Shown in pieces: positions 47,166 through 57,335 of a stretch of DNA of 64,000 nt (position 1 is the first letter of the stretch; each line of letters starts with the position of its first letter). The translations under genes and the position numbers were made by a program. The stretch is from an uncultured Candidatus Saccharibacteria bacterium (GTDB taxonomy: Bacteria; Patescibacteriota; Minisyncoccia; UBA6257; JAUSGH01). The notes beneath the pieces were generated by a model. The model had not been told where the DNA came from. It ran no database searches and saw only the letters and a program-made list of their open reading frames with translations. The stretch covers positions 3,602-67,601 of the forward strand of contig CAYHUD010000002.1 of NCBI GenBank assembly GCA_964360025.1. The letters are read 5' to 3'.

Positions 47166-47587
47166 AGGTTATTCTTTTAACCGACGTAAAAGGAGTCGGA
47201 AAGAAATATGAGCTGAAAGATGTGCCGGACGGTTACGGGCGGAACTTTTTAATTGCTAAAAATCTTGCCGCGCCGGCAACTTCCCGGATGATGGCTGAAA
47301 AGAATAAGTGGGACGCAACAACGGCGGCGGCAAAGAAGAAGCAGGAAGCTTTGGCTTTGAATATTGCCCAAGAACGGTTGCTCTTCTTTTTAAAAGCCGA
47401 GGGCAACTCTGTTTTTGGGTCGGTAACTCGCGATGATATTAAAAAAGCCCTGGGTGAGCGGGGTTATAGTACGGCGGAAGTAGAGCTTTTAAAGGCCATT
47501 AAAGCGTTGGGTGAATATGATATCAGTGTGCGTTTGGGTCTGGGAGTTAAATCAAAAATTAAAGTCGTAGTTACGGCTGCGGAGTAA
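47162..47587 (+). CDS. rplI: Ribosomal protein L9
   Basis: [31 protein letters not shown]. Confidence 0.9.
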   Translation: MKVILLTDVKGVGKKYELKDVPDGYGRNFLIAKNLAAPATSRMMAEKNKWDATTAAAKKKQEALALNIAQERLLFFLKAEGNSVFGSVTRDDIKKALGERGYSTAEVELLKAIKALGEYDISVRLGLGVKSKIKVVVTAAE

Positions 47588-47612
47588 TAAAAATACCCTC
47601 AAGGGGGTATTT

Positions 47613-47900
47613 TTATTTAGCGGAAGGAGTAACTATTTTCACTATTTTTGCGTATCTGACATTACGGTCAAATCTTGTTTTCTTTGTAGATGCTATCATG
47701 ACCGTGCCGGCTTTTTTGGCGTAAAGCGTATCATCTGCGCCCTGGGCGACACCCACACCTACGAGAAACTTAGATCCTCTTTGGCGAATTATAATTTCGC
47801 CCGGTTTAACCGCTTCTCCGTGATTTTTTTTAATGCCGAGACGTTTTGACGCCGAATCTCGGCCTAATTTAGTTGAGCCAGTAGATTTAGTAGATGCCAT
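47613..47900 (-). CDS. rpmA: Ribosomal protein L27
   Basis: STKSTGSTKLGRDSASKRLG...IIIRQRGSKF. Confidence 0.9.
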   Translation of the reverse strand: MASTKSTGSTKLGRDSASKRLGIKKNHGEAVKPGEIIIRQRGSKFLVGVGVAQGADDTLYAKKAGTVMIASTKKTRFDRNVRYAKIVKIVTPSAK

Positions 47901-48085
47901 GTTGCTATATAAGCCATTATATTCTATCTTTATCCCAATGTCAAATTGGTTAAAAACTCTCTATATCATCACAGTTATTCTCATTATATCGGCCTCTTTC
48001 GCGGCGGGCTATCTTTTGGGCCACAACAATAACCGCACCCCCATTATCATTGATGGCGGTGTTTTAAGGCAATTATAAATACGGG

Positions 48086-49375
48086 CTATCCCAGACGGTC
48101 GTTTTTAATGAAGATCACAAGACCCCTAAGCCAAACTTTGATCGCGCGTGAGAAGGGGAGAATGGAAAGCAGGTAATTAAGCTCCACCAATCCTTTGAAA
48201 ATCCACGCTGGCAATCCGGAAAAGACAAAATTACCGATTTTTGCTATCGCATATTTTCCTCCCACGGGGATAATATACGGATATTCCCGGGGCGCGAACA
48301 CTTTTTTCTTGGCAACCTTAATTATTTTATTTTCCAGCTTTATCTCCTCTATAATATTATGGGCCACGATTTTTGCCTGCAGGATGGCCGTACGCGCCAC
48401 CATCGGCATTGCCTTTTTGGTTTCCTGATTATAAAAACAGACAGCGTCTCCGATACCGTAAACTTTGCCGAAAAGTTGCAAATTGGGAGTTTCGGGCAAG
48501 CACTCCATTTCTCCGGGAACGACGATTCTGCCGCCATCCAGTTTCAAGGGTAGGGTCCCCAAAAAAGATGAGGCCTTTACTCCTCCGGTCCAGATTAAAA
48601 TATCGTAAGGCAGTTCTCTGCCGCCCTCCAATATCACATTGTTTGCGGTCGCGGAAGCAATTTTTGCCGGCGCGACAACGGAAACACCTAGATGTCGCAG
48701 GCGTTTTTCCGCCAGCTCTGAAATTCTAGGAAGAAAACCGGAGAGAACCTCGGGCTGCGCGCCAATAATGCTTACTCTGAAACGGCAATCTTTTTTAAAA
48801 TTAGCTTCAAGCTCGCAGAGCCATTCTTGAAGTTCGCCCGCCAACTCTACCCCGGTGGATCCCGCCCCGCCGACGACGATTTTTAAATCTTTTTTGCCAC
48901 CGAGATATAAATTTAAGATTTTATCGCGCAGCTTGATTGCGTCCATAAATGTCTTAAAGCTTGAAGAATTTTCCGTGAGCCCGGGAATATTGAAATAATT
49001 AGTTTCCGCACCCAATGCCAAAACCAGATAATCAAATTGCAGCTCCGGATCATCTGCCAGGGTAAGACTTCCTCCCAGAAGATTAAGCTTGGTAACTTTG
49101 TCATTTATGAAATCAACGGGCAAATTTTTAATTAATTCAGTGATTGGGAACGTAATTATATTTTTAAGTTCCAGATAGCTGGCGGTTTCTTTTGATGTTG
49201 TGGCGGCTTCGTACAGAGTCGGGGTGTAGGTGTGATAGGCGTTTCTATCCACTAAGATTACGCGATATTTATCCGCCAAGTTCAAATTGTGTAATTTGCG
49301 TCCGATTGTCAGCGCGCATTTTAACCCCCCGAACCCCGCGCCAAGAATAGCGATTGTCTTTTTTCCCGTGTCCAT
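48086..49375 (-). CDS. ndh: Type II NADH dehydrogenase (NDH-2) / FAD-dependent pyridine nucleotide-disulfide oxidoreductase
   Basis: Two dinucleotide-binding motifs (IAILGAGFGG and VVGGAGSTGVE) and the NDH-2 architecture. Confidence 0.8.
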   Translation of the reverse strand: MDTGKKTIAILGAGFGGLKCALTIGRKLHNLNLADKYRVILVDRNAYHTYTPTLYEAATTSKETASYLELKNIITFPITELIKNLPVDFINDKVTKLNLLGGSLTLADDPELQFDYLVLALGAETNYFNIPGLTENSSSFKTFMDAIKLRDKILNLYLGGKKDLKIVVGGAGSTGVELAGELQEWLCELEANFKKDCRFRVSIIGAQPEVLSGFLPRISELAEKRLRHLGVSVVAPAKIASATANNVILEGGRELPYDILIWTGGVKASSFLGTLPLKLDGGRIVVPGEMECLPETPNLQLFGKVYGIGDAVCFYNQETKKAMPMVARTAILQAKIVAHNIIEEIKLENKIIKVAKKKVFAPREYPYIIPVGGKYAIAKIGNFVFSGLPAWIFKGLVELNYLLSILPFSRAIKVWLRGLVIFIKNDRLG

Positions 49376-49401
49376 AATATAATTTTATCATATTTAACTT
49401 T

Positions 49402-50511
49402 ATGCGTTTTTTATCTAAAATTGCCAAACAAGACCTTTCACGGGAAATTTGTATTTTGCGTGTAGATTTCAATGTTGAAAATTGGCAGGATTCTCTGCGC
49501 ATCCAAGCTTCCATCCCTACCATCAAATGTCTTTTGGATCGGCGAGCGCGAGTGATTATTTTAAGTCATCGCGGCCGACACAAAGAAGCTGATAATATTG
49601 CGCCCGATCCTTCGCTCACGCTTTCTGCCTGTATTCCTGTTTTGTCGCGCGAATTGAGTACTGCAATAAACTTTCTGGAGGGGTTTGATTTTCCGGATAT
49701 GCGCGAAAAGATTTCACGCGCCTTGCCCGGTTCGGTTTTCCTGTTGGAAAATTTACGCTTTCATAAAGGCGAGGAGAAAAATGACGCGAAATTCGCCCGC
49801 GAGCTTGCTTCGCTCGGGACTTTGTATGTAAATGACGCCTTCGCCGTTTCTCATCGCAAAAATGCCTCTATTGTGGGGATTACAAAATATATGCCATCTT
49901 ATGCCGGCTTGCTTTTTGAAAAAGAGGTCGCTGTCTTGTCAGAGATTATGCGCGCCAAAAAACATCCGCTGGTCGTTATTCTGGGTGGCGGAAAAACCGA
50001 TGATAAATTGGGTGTTTTAAAAAATCTCTGGCGTGTAGCGGATTTCTTTCTTTTAGGTGGCGGTCCGGGAAATACGGCTCTTAAGGCGGGCGGTGTAAAT
50101 GTCGGCGATTCCGTGCATGACGCTCGACTGGCAAAGACGATGAAAAAAACACTGATTGATAAAAAAGTTATTGTTCCGGTTGATTGGATTTTTGAAGAAA
50201 ACAAGATTTTGGATATTGGCCTGGAAACCATAGAAAATTTCAAAAAATATATCGGCAGGGCCCGGATGATCATCTGGAACGGCCCGCTGGGTCTTTTTGA
50301 AGATGCTAAATATGCCGTGGGATCAAACGCTGTTGCTGAGGCCATTGCCCAGAGCAGGGCGTTTTCTGTCATCGGCGGGGGAGAGACGACACAGCTCGTC
50401 TTATCCTTACACCTGCAAAATAAATTTTCCCACCTCTCAACGGGCGGCGGCGCCATGCTGGAATTTCTGGCCGGAAAAAAACTTCCCGGTATTATCGCGT
50501 TAAATAAATAA
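49402..50511 (+). CDS. pgk: Phosphoglycerate kinase
   Basis: RVDFNV, SHRGR and GGGET motifs in the canonical order. Confidence 0.85.
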   Translation: MRFLSKIAKQDLSREICILRVDFNVENWQDSLRIQASIPTIKCLLDRRARVIILSHRGRHKEADNIAPDPSLTLSACIPVLSRELSTAINFLEGFDFPDMREKISRALPGSVFLLENLRFHKGEEKNDAKFARELASLGTLYVNDAFAVSHRKNASIVGITKYMPSYAGLLFEKEVAVLSEIMRAKKHPLVVILGGGKTDDKLGVLKNLWRVADFFLLGGGPGNTALKAGGVNVGDSVHDARLAKTMKKTLIDKKVIVPVDWIFEENKILDIGLETIENFKKYIGRARMIIWNGPLGLFEDAKYAVGSNAVAEAIAQSRAFSVIGGGETTQLVLSLHLQNKFSHLSTGGGAMLEFLAGKKLPGIIALNK

Positions 50512-50518
50512 TTTTAAA

Positions 50519-51355
50519 ATGAAAAACATTGTCATAATTTATCACGGAAATTGTCAGGACGGCTTCGGCGGCGCCTGGGCGGCATGGAAAAAGTTTGGCG
50601 ACAAAGCCGAATATCTGCCGGTCAAGCCCGGCGCCATGCCGGAGGCAGTGATTGAGAATAAAGAAGTTTATTTCATAGACACGACGCCCAAAATTGAAGA
50701 AATTAAAAAACTGATTGATAAAAACAAACGCGTTACAGTCATTGATCACCATATTACGGGAGAAGAGGCGGCAAAATTGACCGTAGAACCTTCGTTCGCC
50801 ATAAAAAATTCGGGATGCGTTCTTGCTTGGAAATATTTTCATCCGCAAAAACCCGTGCCTAAGTTACTGGAATATCTTGAAGATAATGATCTTTGGAGAT
50901 TTAAAATACCCAAAAGCAAAGAAGTCTTTTCTTTTATGTGTTCGGTGGAGTTTACTTTTAAAATAAGAAGCTCGATTGCCGCCATATTGGAAAAACCGAA
51001 AGGCCGGAGGGAAATAATTGAAAAAGGCGCCGCCCTTTTAAAATATGAACAAAAACTTGTTAATGAAATCACGACAAAGGACGCGGAACAAGCAGAATTT
51101 AAAGGTTACAAAATTTTAATAATAAACTCCCCGTTTTTTCAGTCAAACATAGGACATGTGCTTTCTAAAATTCAACCCCCCATGGGTTTGATCTGGCATG
51201 AGACGGACGGAAAAATTAAAGTGTCTCTGCGTTCCGATGGCACGGTGGATGTTTCTAAAATCGCCGCCCAGTTTGGCGGCGGGGGACATAAAGCCGCGGC
51301 AGGATTTTCTTTTTCGGCCGACGATCCCAAGCCCTGGAAGTTAATCCGCGAATAA
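50519..51355 (+). CDS. DHH-family phosphoesterase (NrnA-like, DHH plus DHHA1)
   Basis: DHH motif VIDHHI and DHHA1 motif GGGHKAAAGF. Confidence 0.8.
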   Translation: MKNIVIIYHGNCQDGFGGAWAAWKKFGDKAEYLPVKPGAMPEAVIENKEVYFIDTTPKIEEIKKLIDKNKRVTVIDHHITGEEAAKLTVEPSFAIKNSGCVLAWKYFHPQKPVPKLLEYLEDNDLWRFKIPKSKEVFSFMCSVEFTFKIRSSIAAILEKPKGRREIIEKGAALLKYEQKLVNEITTKDAEQAEFKGYKILIINSPFFQSNIGHVLSKIQPPMGLIWHETDGKIKVSLRSDGTVDVSKIAAQFGGGGHKAAAGFSFSADDPKPWKLIRE

Positions 51356-51356
51356 T

Positions 51357-51758
51357 ATGGATAAGATCATTATCTATACCGACGGAGGAGCGCGGGGCAA
51401 TCCCGGGCCATCCGCTTGCGGCTATACAATAAACGATACGCCCTACGGCGAGTATTTGGGGCACGGGACTAATAACGAAGCCGAGTATCGCGGAGTAATT
51501 GAGGCGCTTAAAAAAGTTTTTGCCCAGCTAGGCAAAGCAAAATCATTGTTAGCGGAAATAGAAGTCCGCATGGATTCCGAGCTGATAGAGCGACAACTCA
51601 CGGGTGAATATCGCGTAAAACAACCGCATCTTAAAATTTTATTTACGGACGCCCATAATGAAATCAAAAACTTTAAAAAAGTTGTTTTTGTTCATATCCC
51701 CCGCGAGAAAAACAAGAAGGCCGACGCCATGGTTAATAAAATATTAGACGAACGTTAA
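51357..51758 (+). CDS. rnhA: Ribonuclease HI-family protein
   Basis: YTDGGARGNPGPSACGY, and the catalytic Asp, Glu and Asp are conserved. Confidence 0.8.
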   Translation: MDKIIIYTDGGARGNPGPSACGYTINDTPYGEYLGHGTNNEAEYRGVIEALKKVFAQLGKAKSLLAEIEVRMDSELIERQLTGEYRVKQPHLKILFTDAHNEIKNFKKVVFVHIPREKNKKADAMVNKILDER

Positions 51759-51765
51759 TACGCCC

Positions 51766-52581
51766 ATGGAAAAAATTAAAATTTCTCAAGTTGAGGAAGA
51801 AATCAAAGCCGCTCCCAAAAGGATGCCTGACGAAAAAGCGGAAAAGATTTTAGACAAAGTTGATTTCCTTGCGTTGTTCGACACCCTTAGAGTCATCGGC
51901 TACTATGACTTCCAGCGCAACGAATCTGATCCCATAAATGACCTAAGAGACCTCGGAAGACTAGTCATTGAACTTAGGGATAAATTATCCGGTTACGATA
52001 CTATTTTAAGCGACGATGCCGGTGGGAGGTTGCCGTCTTTATTGATTAGAAAGCTGGCTAAGACCGAAGGGACGATTCGTGATATTAAAAACGGACCCGA
52101 TTTATATTTTTTAGCCAGCGGGCGCAAACCCCTGGATCCCAAAAAAGAACCGGGGTTTGTAAGTCGCTCCGCGGCGATAGAAAAATTCTTAGAAAAAAAC
52201 GCCCGTGATTTTGGTAAAACCCTATTAGTGACCGAACACATTGAGACGGGCGGCAGCATACAACAACTTATTGAGATGCTTATTAAGCTCGGGGTGGATT
52301 TTGATGTTGCTACAATTTCAATAAAATATAATGACTTCGAAAATTACATCGATCATTCATACACGAACCCTCTAATAAACAGGCTTTATTATGGATCAAA
52401 AGGAAATCATTCCGGGGCGGAACTTTTTTATGATTCATCTAAATCCGGCATGATGGCCGGAGTTTCTAAAGATAATTCTGTCGGCGCTCATCCGATCAAA
52501 ATCTCCGGGGATGAAGCGCTCGTTAAGGGATCAAGAGGGGATATTGATTTGTTAGCCAAGGAATTTGAAAAATTGTTATAA
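51766..52581 (+). CDS. Type I phosphoribosyltransferase-fold protein
   Basis: PRPP-binding loop TLLVTEHIETGGSIQQL (hhhhDDhhtTGgT pattern). Confidence 0.55.
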   Translation: MEKIKISQVEEEIKAAPKRMPDEKAEKILDKVDFLALFDTLRVIGYYDFQRNESDPINDLRDLGRLVIELRDKLSGYDTILSDDAGGRLPSLLIRKLAKTEGTIRDIKNGPDLYFLASGRKPLDPKKEPGFVSRSAAIEKFLEKNARDFGKTLLVTEHIETGGSIQQLIEMLIKLGVDFDVATISIKYNDFENYIDHSYTNPLINRLYYGSKGNHSGAELFYDSSKSGMMAGVSKDNSVGAHPIKISGDEALVKGSRGDIDLLAKEFEKLL

Positions 52582-52611
52582 AACAAAATCGCCCTTGCGG
52601 GCGATTTTGTT
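52581..52611. terminator. Bidirectional intrinsic terminator between the PRTase gene and rnpB
   Basis: Stem ATCGCCC/GGGCGAT with loop TTGC, flanked by an A-run on one side and TTTGTT on the other. Confidence 0.8.
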
Positions 52612-53004
52612 GTCAGTAGGCAATAAGCCGGATTCTGTATACCCGATCAGCGAAGCTGATTTAGGGTAGATGATTATTTATCTGGGCCGCCAATCGCTTG
52701 GCGGCTCTAGCGACTCCCTTCATGGCAAAGCCATAAAGTACGGTCTTGCACTCTGGTAAGGATTTAGCTGTTTCACTCCAGATTTTTTATCTCTATGTCT
52801 GGATTAAGCCGACTAGCTTGAGATCGGGCTCCCCAAATTCTTTCGGATTTGAGCATCACTGTTCGCACCTCTTCCTCGCGGACGACAGAGGTTATCTGCT
52901 ACCTTTGCCCGACGCTTGCGCGTTTAGGGCTAAGTGTCCGGACTTTCCTCCCCGCCCACCGATTTATAAAAATAAGTTGGCAGAGCAATCATCTACCTAC
53001 TGAC
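52612..53004 (-). ncRNA. rnpB: RNase P RNA (bacterial type A)
   Basis: On the minus strand: P4 5' strand GGGGAGGAAAGUCCGGACAC, P4 3' strand ACAGAAUCCGGCUUAUUG, and P1 pairing GUCAGUAGG...CCUACUGAC. Length about 393 nt. Confidence 0.85.
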
Positions 53005-53010
53005 CCTGTA

Positions 53011-53061
53011 ATTATAGCACATAAATAGATATTTGACAACAGGAGTTTAAAAATGTAGATT
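53011..53061. promoter_or_regulatory. Back-to-back divergent promoters sharing one -35 hexamer region
   Basis: Minus strand (rnpB): TTGTCA (plus 53034-53039), 17 nt, TATAAT (plus 53011-53016). Plus strand: TTGACA 53033-53038, 17 nt, TAGATT 53056-53061. Confidence 0.65.
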
Positions 53062-53067
53062 TAATGC

Positions 53068-53498
53068 AGTTCCTTCCTCTGTTTGCTTTGCGAGGTGCGA
53101 AGATGTGTGAAACAGACGAAGGAGCGCCGCCTCCGGATTTGCGGACGACAAAAGAAGATCCAACCCTTGTGGTTACGGTTATGAGTGTCGCGCGGGATAT
53201 GAACTTAGTCCGTAATGTGAGAGTGAGATGCGAAGACATTCTTGCGCGTAAGTGGTGGGAGGCGTCTTTCGCTTCCGGTCCTCGGGGACGGCTAAAGATC
53301 TTCCACCGCAGTTCCAACTGTCCCGGGGGAGATACGGATTTTCCCCGACCGGTTTTTCGAAAGATGATTAAATTGGCGCACGCGGTTTTGAAAGACAAAA
53401 GCAATACCCAAAAGAGATATCGCGAAAAGAGGGGCTATGAAAATCGCGGCGAGTTCTGATAACCAAAACCCCCGGCGGGAGCCGAGGGTTTCTTTTTT
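53068..53498 (+). other. GC-rich transcribed island (about 430 nt) of ambiguous nature: either a structured RNA or a small basic protein gene
   Basis: Bounded by a plus-strand promoter and a GC hairpin plus T-tract at about 53465-53498. It holds mutually overlapping ORFs on both strands (53064..53459 +, 53012..53404 -). A candidate CDS 53103..53459 has a GAGGTG Shine-Dalgarno 5 nt upstream, but the product has no recognisable fold. Confidence 0.4.
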
Positions 53499-53697
53499 AT
53501 AAACTATTCAGATCCGCGTCTATTTGCTGAAATTCTTTGTCCAAATCATTTATTGCCGTATCGTCAAATCCCGTATCCCGAAGAATAGTTTGTTCGTCGG
53601 CGGTAAGTTCGCTAGCTAACCGTTTTTCGCTCCAATACTTCCACCCGAACCAAGCAGCGGCAAGAACAATGATTAAGATTAAGAGTTTTTTAAACAT
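53497..53697 (-). CDS. Small membrane-anchored protein
   Basis: 66 aa: an N-terminal TM helix followed by an acidic tail, in operon position. Confidence 0.5.
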   Translation of the reverse strand: MFKKLLILIIVLAAAWFGWKYWSEKRLASELTADEQTILRDTGFDDTAINDLDKEFQQIDADLNSL

Positions 53698-53721
53698 GAT
53701 TGTTTATGCTAATTTTATAAT

Positions 53722-54624
53722 TTATTGCTGTGCGGTTGTCGTTGCTGTCTCGGCCGGTTTGGGAATCTGAGCTAAAGCTACGGCAACTTTCCTTACCGCT
53801 TCTCTTGCAGCGAAAACCGAGTCCCGCACTTTGCGCAAATCTTCATTTAACTGCTTTCTGACTTCGCTGATATCCGTTTTTAGGGTTCCTTCTTCTTTGA
53901 TGCTGACGGTATATGTCTTAGCGGCCTGGTCTTTGATGGCGGCCTCGGCAGCGGCGATGGCGTTATCGGCTTCGCTTAGAGCAGTTTTGACTGTAGAAAC
54001 ATCCAGTCCGCGACTAGCGGCTCTATCCATCCTCTCCGTAATCCGGTCAAGAGTTTTCTGCAATTTGGAGACCACATCGGCGAAGTGATCAACCATGCGC
54101 TCGTTTAGCTTCTTAATCTCGTTGTCAATTTTTTCCACAACGGATTTCTTTCTTTCGTCGCGAATCTTCGCGAGTTTTGCTTTCAGCTCCGCTCTTTCTG
54201 TTTCCACCTTTTCTTTCAGCTCCTCTCTTTTTTGAGAAATAGCATCCCTCAGGTTCTCTCTTTTATCCTTAATCTGATCACGAACTTCTTTCTTAAAAAC
54301 CGATGAAGTGGATGTCACGCCATCACGAAGCTTTTGCGCTTCTACTTTAAGATTTTCGCGCAGAACCTCTATTTCTTCTTTAGCCACTCCGCGCAAATTA
54401 CCGGTATTTTGTTTCAGAAGTTCCCGCGCTTCATCCGCCTTTTTGATTGCTTCGCGACGCAAAGCTTCTACGTTGGTACGCGCGTTATCCCTGTCATCGT
54501 TTTTCTCCAAATCCGATTCACCGCCGCTTCGCAGTGGTTCCGTAAAACCATAACCCGATGTCTGGGCAAGAGCCGTAGACGCCAACAAACTTGATAATGC
54601 CAATGCTACAATGTATTTTTTCAT
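53722..54624 (-). CDS. Secreted coiled-coil protein (signal peptide plus charged alpha-helical repeats)
   Basis: Signal peptide MKKYIVALALSSLLASTALA followed by about 270 aa of E/K/R-rich heptad-like sequence. Confidence 0.65.
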   Translation of the reverse strand: MKKYIVALALSSLLASTALAQTSGYGFTEPLRSGGESDLEKNDDRDNARTNVEALRREAIKKADEARELLKQNTGNLRGVAKEEIEVLRENLKVEAQKLRDGVTSTSSVFKKEVRDQIKDKRENLRDAISQKREELKEKVETERAELKAKLAKIRDERKKSVVEKIDNEIKKLNERMVDHFADVVSKLQKTLDRITERMDRAASRGLDVSTVKTALSEADNAIAAAEAAIKDQAAKTYTVSIKEEGTLKTDISEVRKQLNEDLRKVRDSVFAAREAVRKVAVALAQIPKPAETATTTAQQ

Positions 54625-54707
54625 AGAATTAATTGTAATGCTTATTTAATAAATGCTCAAGACCTTTACTATATATTAAGACAAAGATAAACTTAAGGCA
54701 ATATCTT

Positions 54708-56339
54708 GTGATCCCAGAAAAATTAAAAACCGTATTAAGCGGCGATATTGCCGATGATGCGGCAACAATCGCAACATACAGCCGCGATGCCAGTCTGTTT
54801 GAAATCCGCCCTACAGCGGTAGTTTTTCCCAAGGATAAAGATGATATTAAAAATTTAGTTTTATTCGCCGGCGAAAACAAGGGCGTGGGTCTCACTCCGC
54901 GTTCCGCGGGGACGGACATGAGCGGAGCCGCGATCGGCGAGTCCATCGTTTTAGACTTCACAAGATACTTTAATCACATTAAAGAAATCGGCGACGGTTA
55001 CGCGGTGGCGGAGCCCGGAGTTTATTATCGTGATTTTGAGAAAGCGACCCTGGAAAAGGGTTGGCTTTTGCCGAGTTATCCGGCATCAAAAGATATTTGC
55101 GCCTTGGGCGGGATGGTGGGAAATAACTCCGGAGGCGAAAAGACGCTTCGTTACGGGAAAACCGAAGACTATGTGCGGGAAATCAAAATGGTGCTCGGCG
55201 ACGGCAAAGAATATGTTTTCAAACCGCTTTCTCCGCCCGAATTGGAGGAAAAAATAAAATTAAACACGCGAGAAGGCGAGATTTATAAAAAACTTTTTAA
55301 TTTAATTCAAGAAAATCTGGAAATCATTACAGCTGCAAAGCCCAAAGTTTCTAAAAATTCCGCAGGATATTATTTATGGAATGTTTGGGATGGCAAAACT
55401 TTTGATATCACTAAGCTCATCGTCGGTTCGCAGGGGACTTTAGGAATCATCACGGAAATAACTTTCCGGCTGGTAAAACCCGCGCCGCATTCCAAGCTTC
55501 TTACGATTTTTGTTAAAGATTTGAAAACTTTGCCGGAAATAGTAAATAAAGTCATGATTCATAAGCCGGAAAGCTTTGAGGTTTTCGATGACAACACTTT
55601 AAAGCTTGCCCTGCGGTATATTTTTAGCCTTATCAAGCTCATAAAACCAAAAAACATTTTTTCTCTGGCTTGGAACTTTATCCCCGAATTCTGGATGTTT
55701 ATTACCGGAGGTATTCCCAAACTGATTCTTCTCGCAGAATTTACCGGGGACTCCGAGGCGGAGGTAGACGAGAAGGCAAAGGCGGCGGAGCACGAAGTTC
55801 GCGCGCTAAACGTCAAAACACGTTTTGCAAAAACCGAAGAAGAATCTAAAAAATATTGGACGATTCGCCGCGAAAGCTTCAATCTTCTTCGCTACCACAT
55901 TAAAAACAAACGCACCGCGCCGTTTATAGACGATATTGTGGTAAGAACAGAGTCGCTTTCTGATTTTTTACCGCAGCTGCAGATAATATTAGATAAATAC
56001 CCGAACCTTAACTATACAATCGCGGGGCATATCGGCGACGGCAATCTGCATATCATCCCGCTTATGGACATGACTCGTAAAGAAAATCGGGATATTATAC
56101 CGACGCTCTCCGACGAAGTTTATAAACTTGTATTCAAATACGGGGGCTCAATGACGGGGGAGCATAACGACGGGCTGATTCGCGGGCCGTATCTTAAGGC
56201 AATGTTCGGCGATGAGGTATATTTTCTTTTTCTGCGCGTCAAAAACATCTTTGATCCCACCGGAATATTTAACCCAGGAAAGAAAATTAACTCCCGCCTG
56301 GATTACGCGATAAAGCATTTAGCTGTTAAAAACAAGTAA
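54708..56339 (+). CDS. FAD-linked oxidase (PCMH-type FAD-binding domain; GlcD/D-lactate dehydrogenase-like)
   Basis: FAD-binding region VVFPKDKDDIKNLV...LTPRSAGTDMSGAAIG plus a C-terminal oxidase domain. Confidence 0.75.
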   Translation: MIPEKLKTVLSGDIADDAATIATYSRDASLFEIRPTAVVFPKDKDDIKNLVLFAGENKGVGLTPRSAGTDMSGAAIGESIVLDFTRYFNHIKEIGDGYAVAEPGVYYRDFEKATLEKGWLLPSYPASKDICALGGMVGNNSGGEKTLRYGKTEDYVREIKMVLGDGKEYVFKPLSPPELEEKIKLNTREGEIYKKLFNLIQENLEIITAAKPKVSKNSAGYYLWNVWDGKTFDITKLIVGSQGTLGIITEITFRLVKPAPHSKLLTIFVKDLKTLPEIVNKVMIHKPESFEVFDDNTLKLALRYIFSLIKLIKPKNIFSLAWNFIPEFWMFITGGIPKLILLAEFTGDSEAEVDEKAKAAEHEVRALNVKTRFAKTEEESKKYWTIRRESFNLLRYHIKNKRTAPFIDDIVVRTESLSDFLPQLQIILDKYPNLNYTIAGHIGDGNLHIIPLMDMTRKENRDIIPTLSDEVYKLVFKYGGSMTGEHNDGLIRGPYLKAMFGDEVYFLFLRVKNIFDPTGIFNPGKKINSRLDYAIKHLAVKNK

Positions 56340-56516
56340 AGCTATCTTTTTCCCAAGTATTGACTTTGCTAATCATCTTCGGATGGATGGGTATGATGAC
56401 TATCGCATTCTTCGCCGCCGGAGTTCTCTTCGCAGTCATGGCGCGTGGCACGACGCGTCCGAGGCCCCTTTTTTATTTTAATTGATGTTATTTATTGATA
56501 TACTTATTACAGTAAC

Positions 56517-57089
56517 TTGAAACAAACGATTCTCGAAAGGAGTCGTCTTATGTCGCAGGCGTGGACTATTCCTTGTCTAGTAACTAAAAACTGGCGGGTT
56601 TTCGGGTTAGATGGCGCGCGTTCGCATGCCGAAATAGCGGTTATTTGTGGCATCGATGAAAATCAATGCCTGCGTTACGGATTTAATTTGGAACAAAAAA
56701 AGTCGGTTGCTTTGTTTGATCGCAAATTAAGAAATGTCAGTATGCGTAACGACGAAGTCGCCGATTGGTTTTTCCGAGATCTCTTTGGCGTGCCGGAACT
56801 TCTCATTGCATATGTAGAACGCGGCCACTTCCACGAAAATATGATTCCGCTCCTCACTGCTTTTCCCCGAGGTGAGTGCCTAAAAATTAAAAACAACATC
56901 GAATCCAAGAACGAAGAATCCCGCGCTTTTAACAGAGAAGTTCGCGAAAAAGTGTTTGCGATAGCCGAGTACGACTACGATCAAGCCCTAACCTTTCTTC
57001 AGTCCATCCACCCGTTTGTGAGCGGAATAAATACGTGGGGCGACTGGATAGATCGCCACGCTAGCGATGCGGCCGCAAGATATAATTAA
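56517..57089 (+). CDS. Hypothetical protein
   Basis: 190-aa ORF in an intergenic-clean context. No family recognised. Confidence 0.5.
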   Translation: MKQTILERSRLMSQAWTIPCLVTKNWRVFGLDGARSHAEIAVICGIDENQCLRYGFNLEQKKSVALFDRKLRNVSMRNDEVADWFFRDLFGVPELLIAYVERGHFHENMIPLLTAFPRGECLKIKNNIESKNEESRAFNREVREKVFAIAEYDYDQALTFLQSIHPFVSGINTWGDWIDRHASDAAARYN

Positions 57090-57335
57090 AGAATTGCCGG
57101 GGCTTGGGATATATACGAAATGCTGACAGCTCATTGTAATCCCACTGATTGTTTAGAGGATTGCAATAAAGCCATCACCCCCGTCTGGTTAGAATTATTT
57201 GCAAGTCCCAAAAACAGGATTGAGATTTGGAGAAGTTAGCCATTCTCTCTACCCGACGACCTCCTCGTTCGGGTATTTTTTATTTTAATTCCGATAAAGT
57301 TGTATGCTACTATAAAAATACACCTCTTAACCCGC

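Noticed and set aside
52746-53003. 85-aa plus-strand ORF with a TTG start
   Set aside because: It lies entirely within the RNase P RNA gene on the opposite strand, and the GC-rich structured-RNA sequence explains the open frame.
53012-53404. 130-aa minus-strand ORF overlapping a 131-aa plus-strand ORF (53064..53459)
   Set aside because: These are mutually exclusive overlapping ORFs in a GC-rich island. The minus ORF would also start inside the rnpB promoter region. The pair is reported as one ambiguous element instead.
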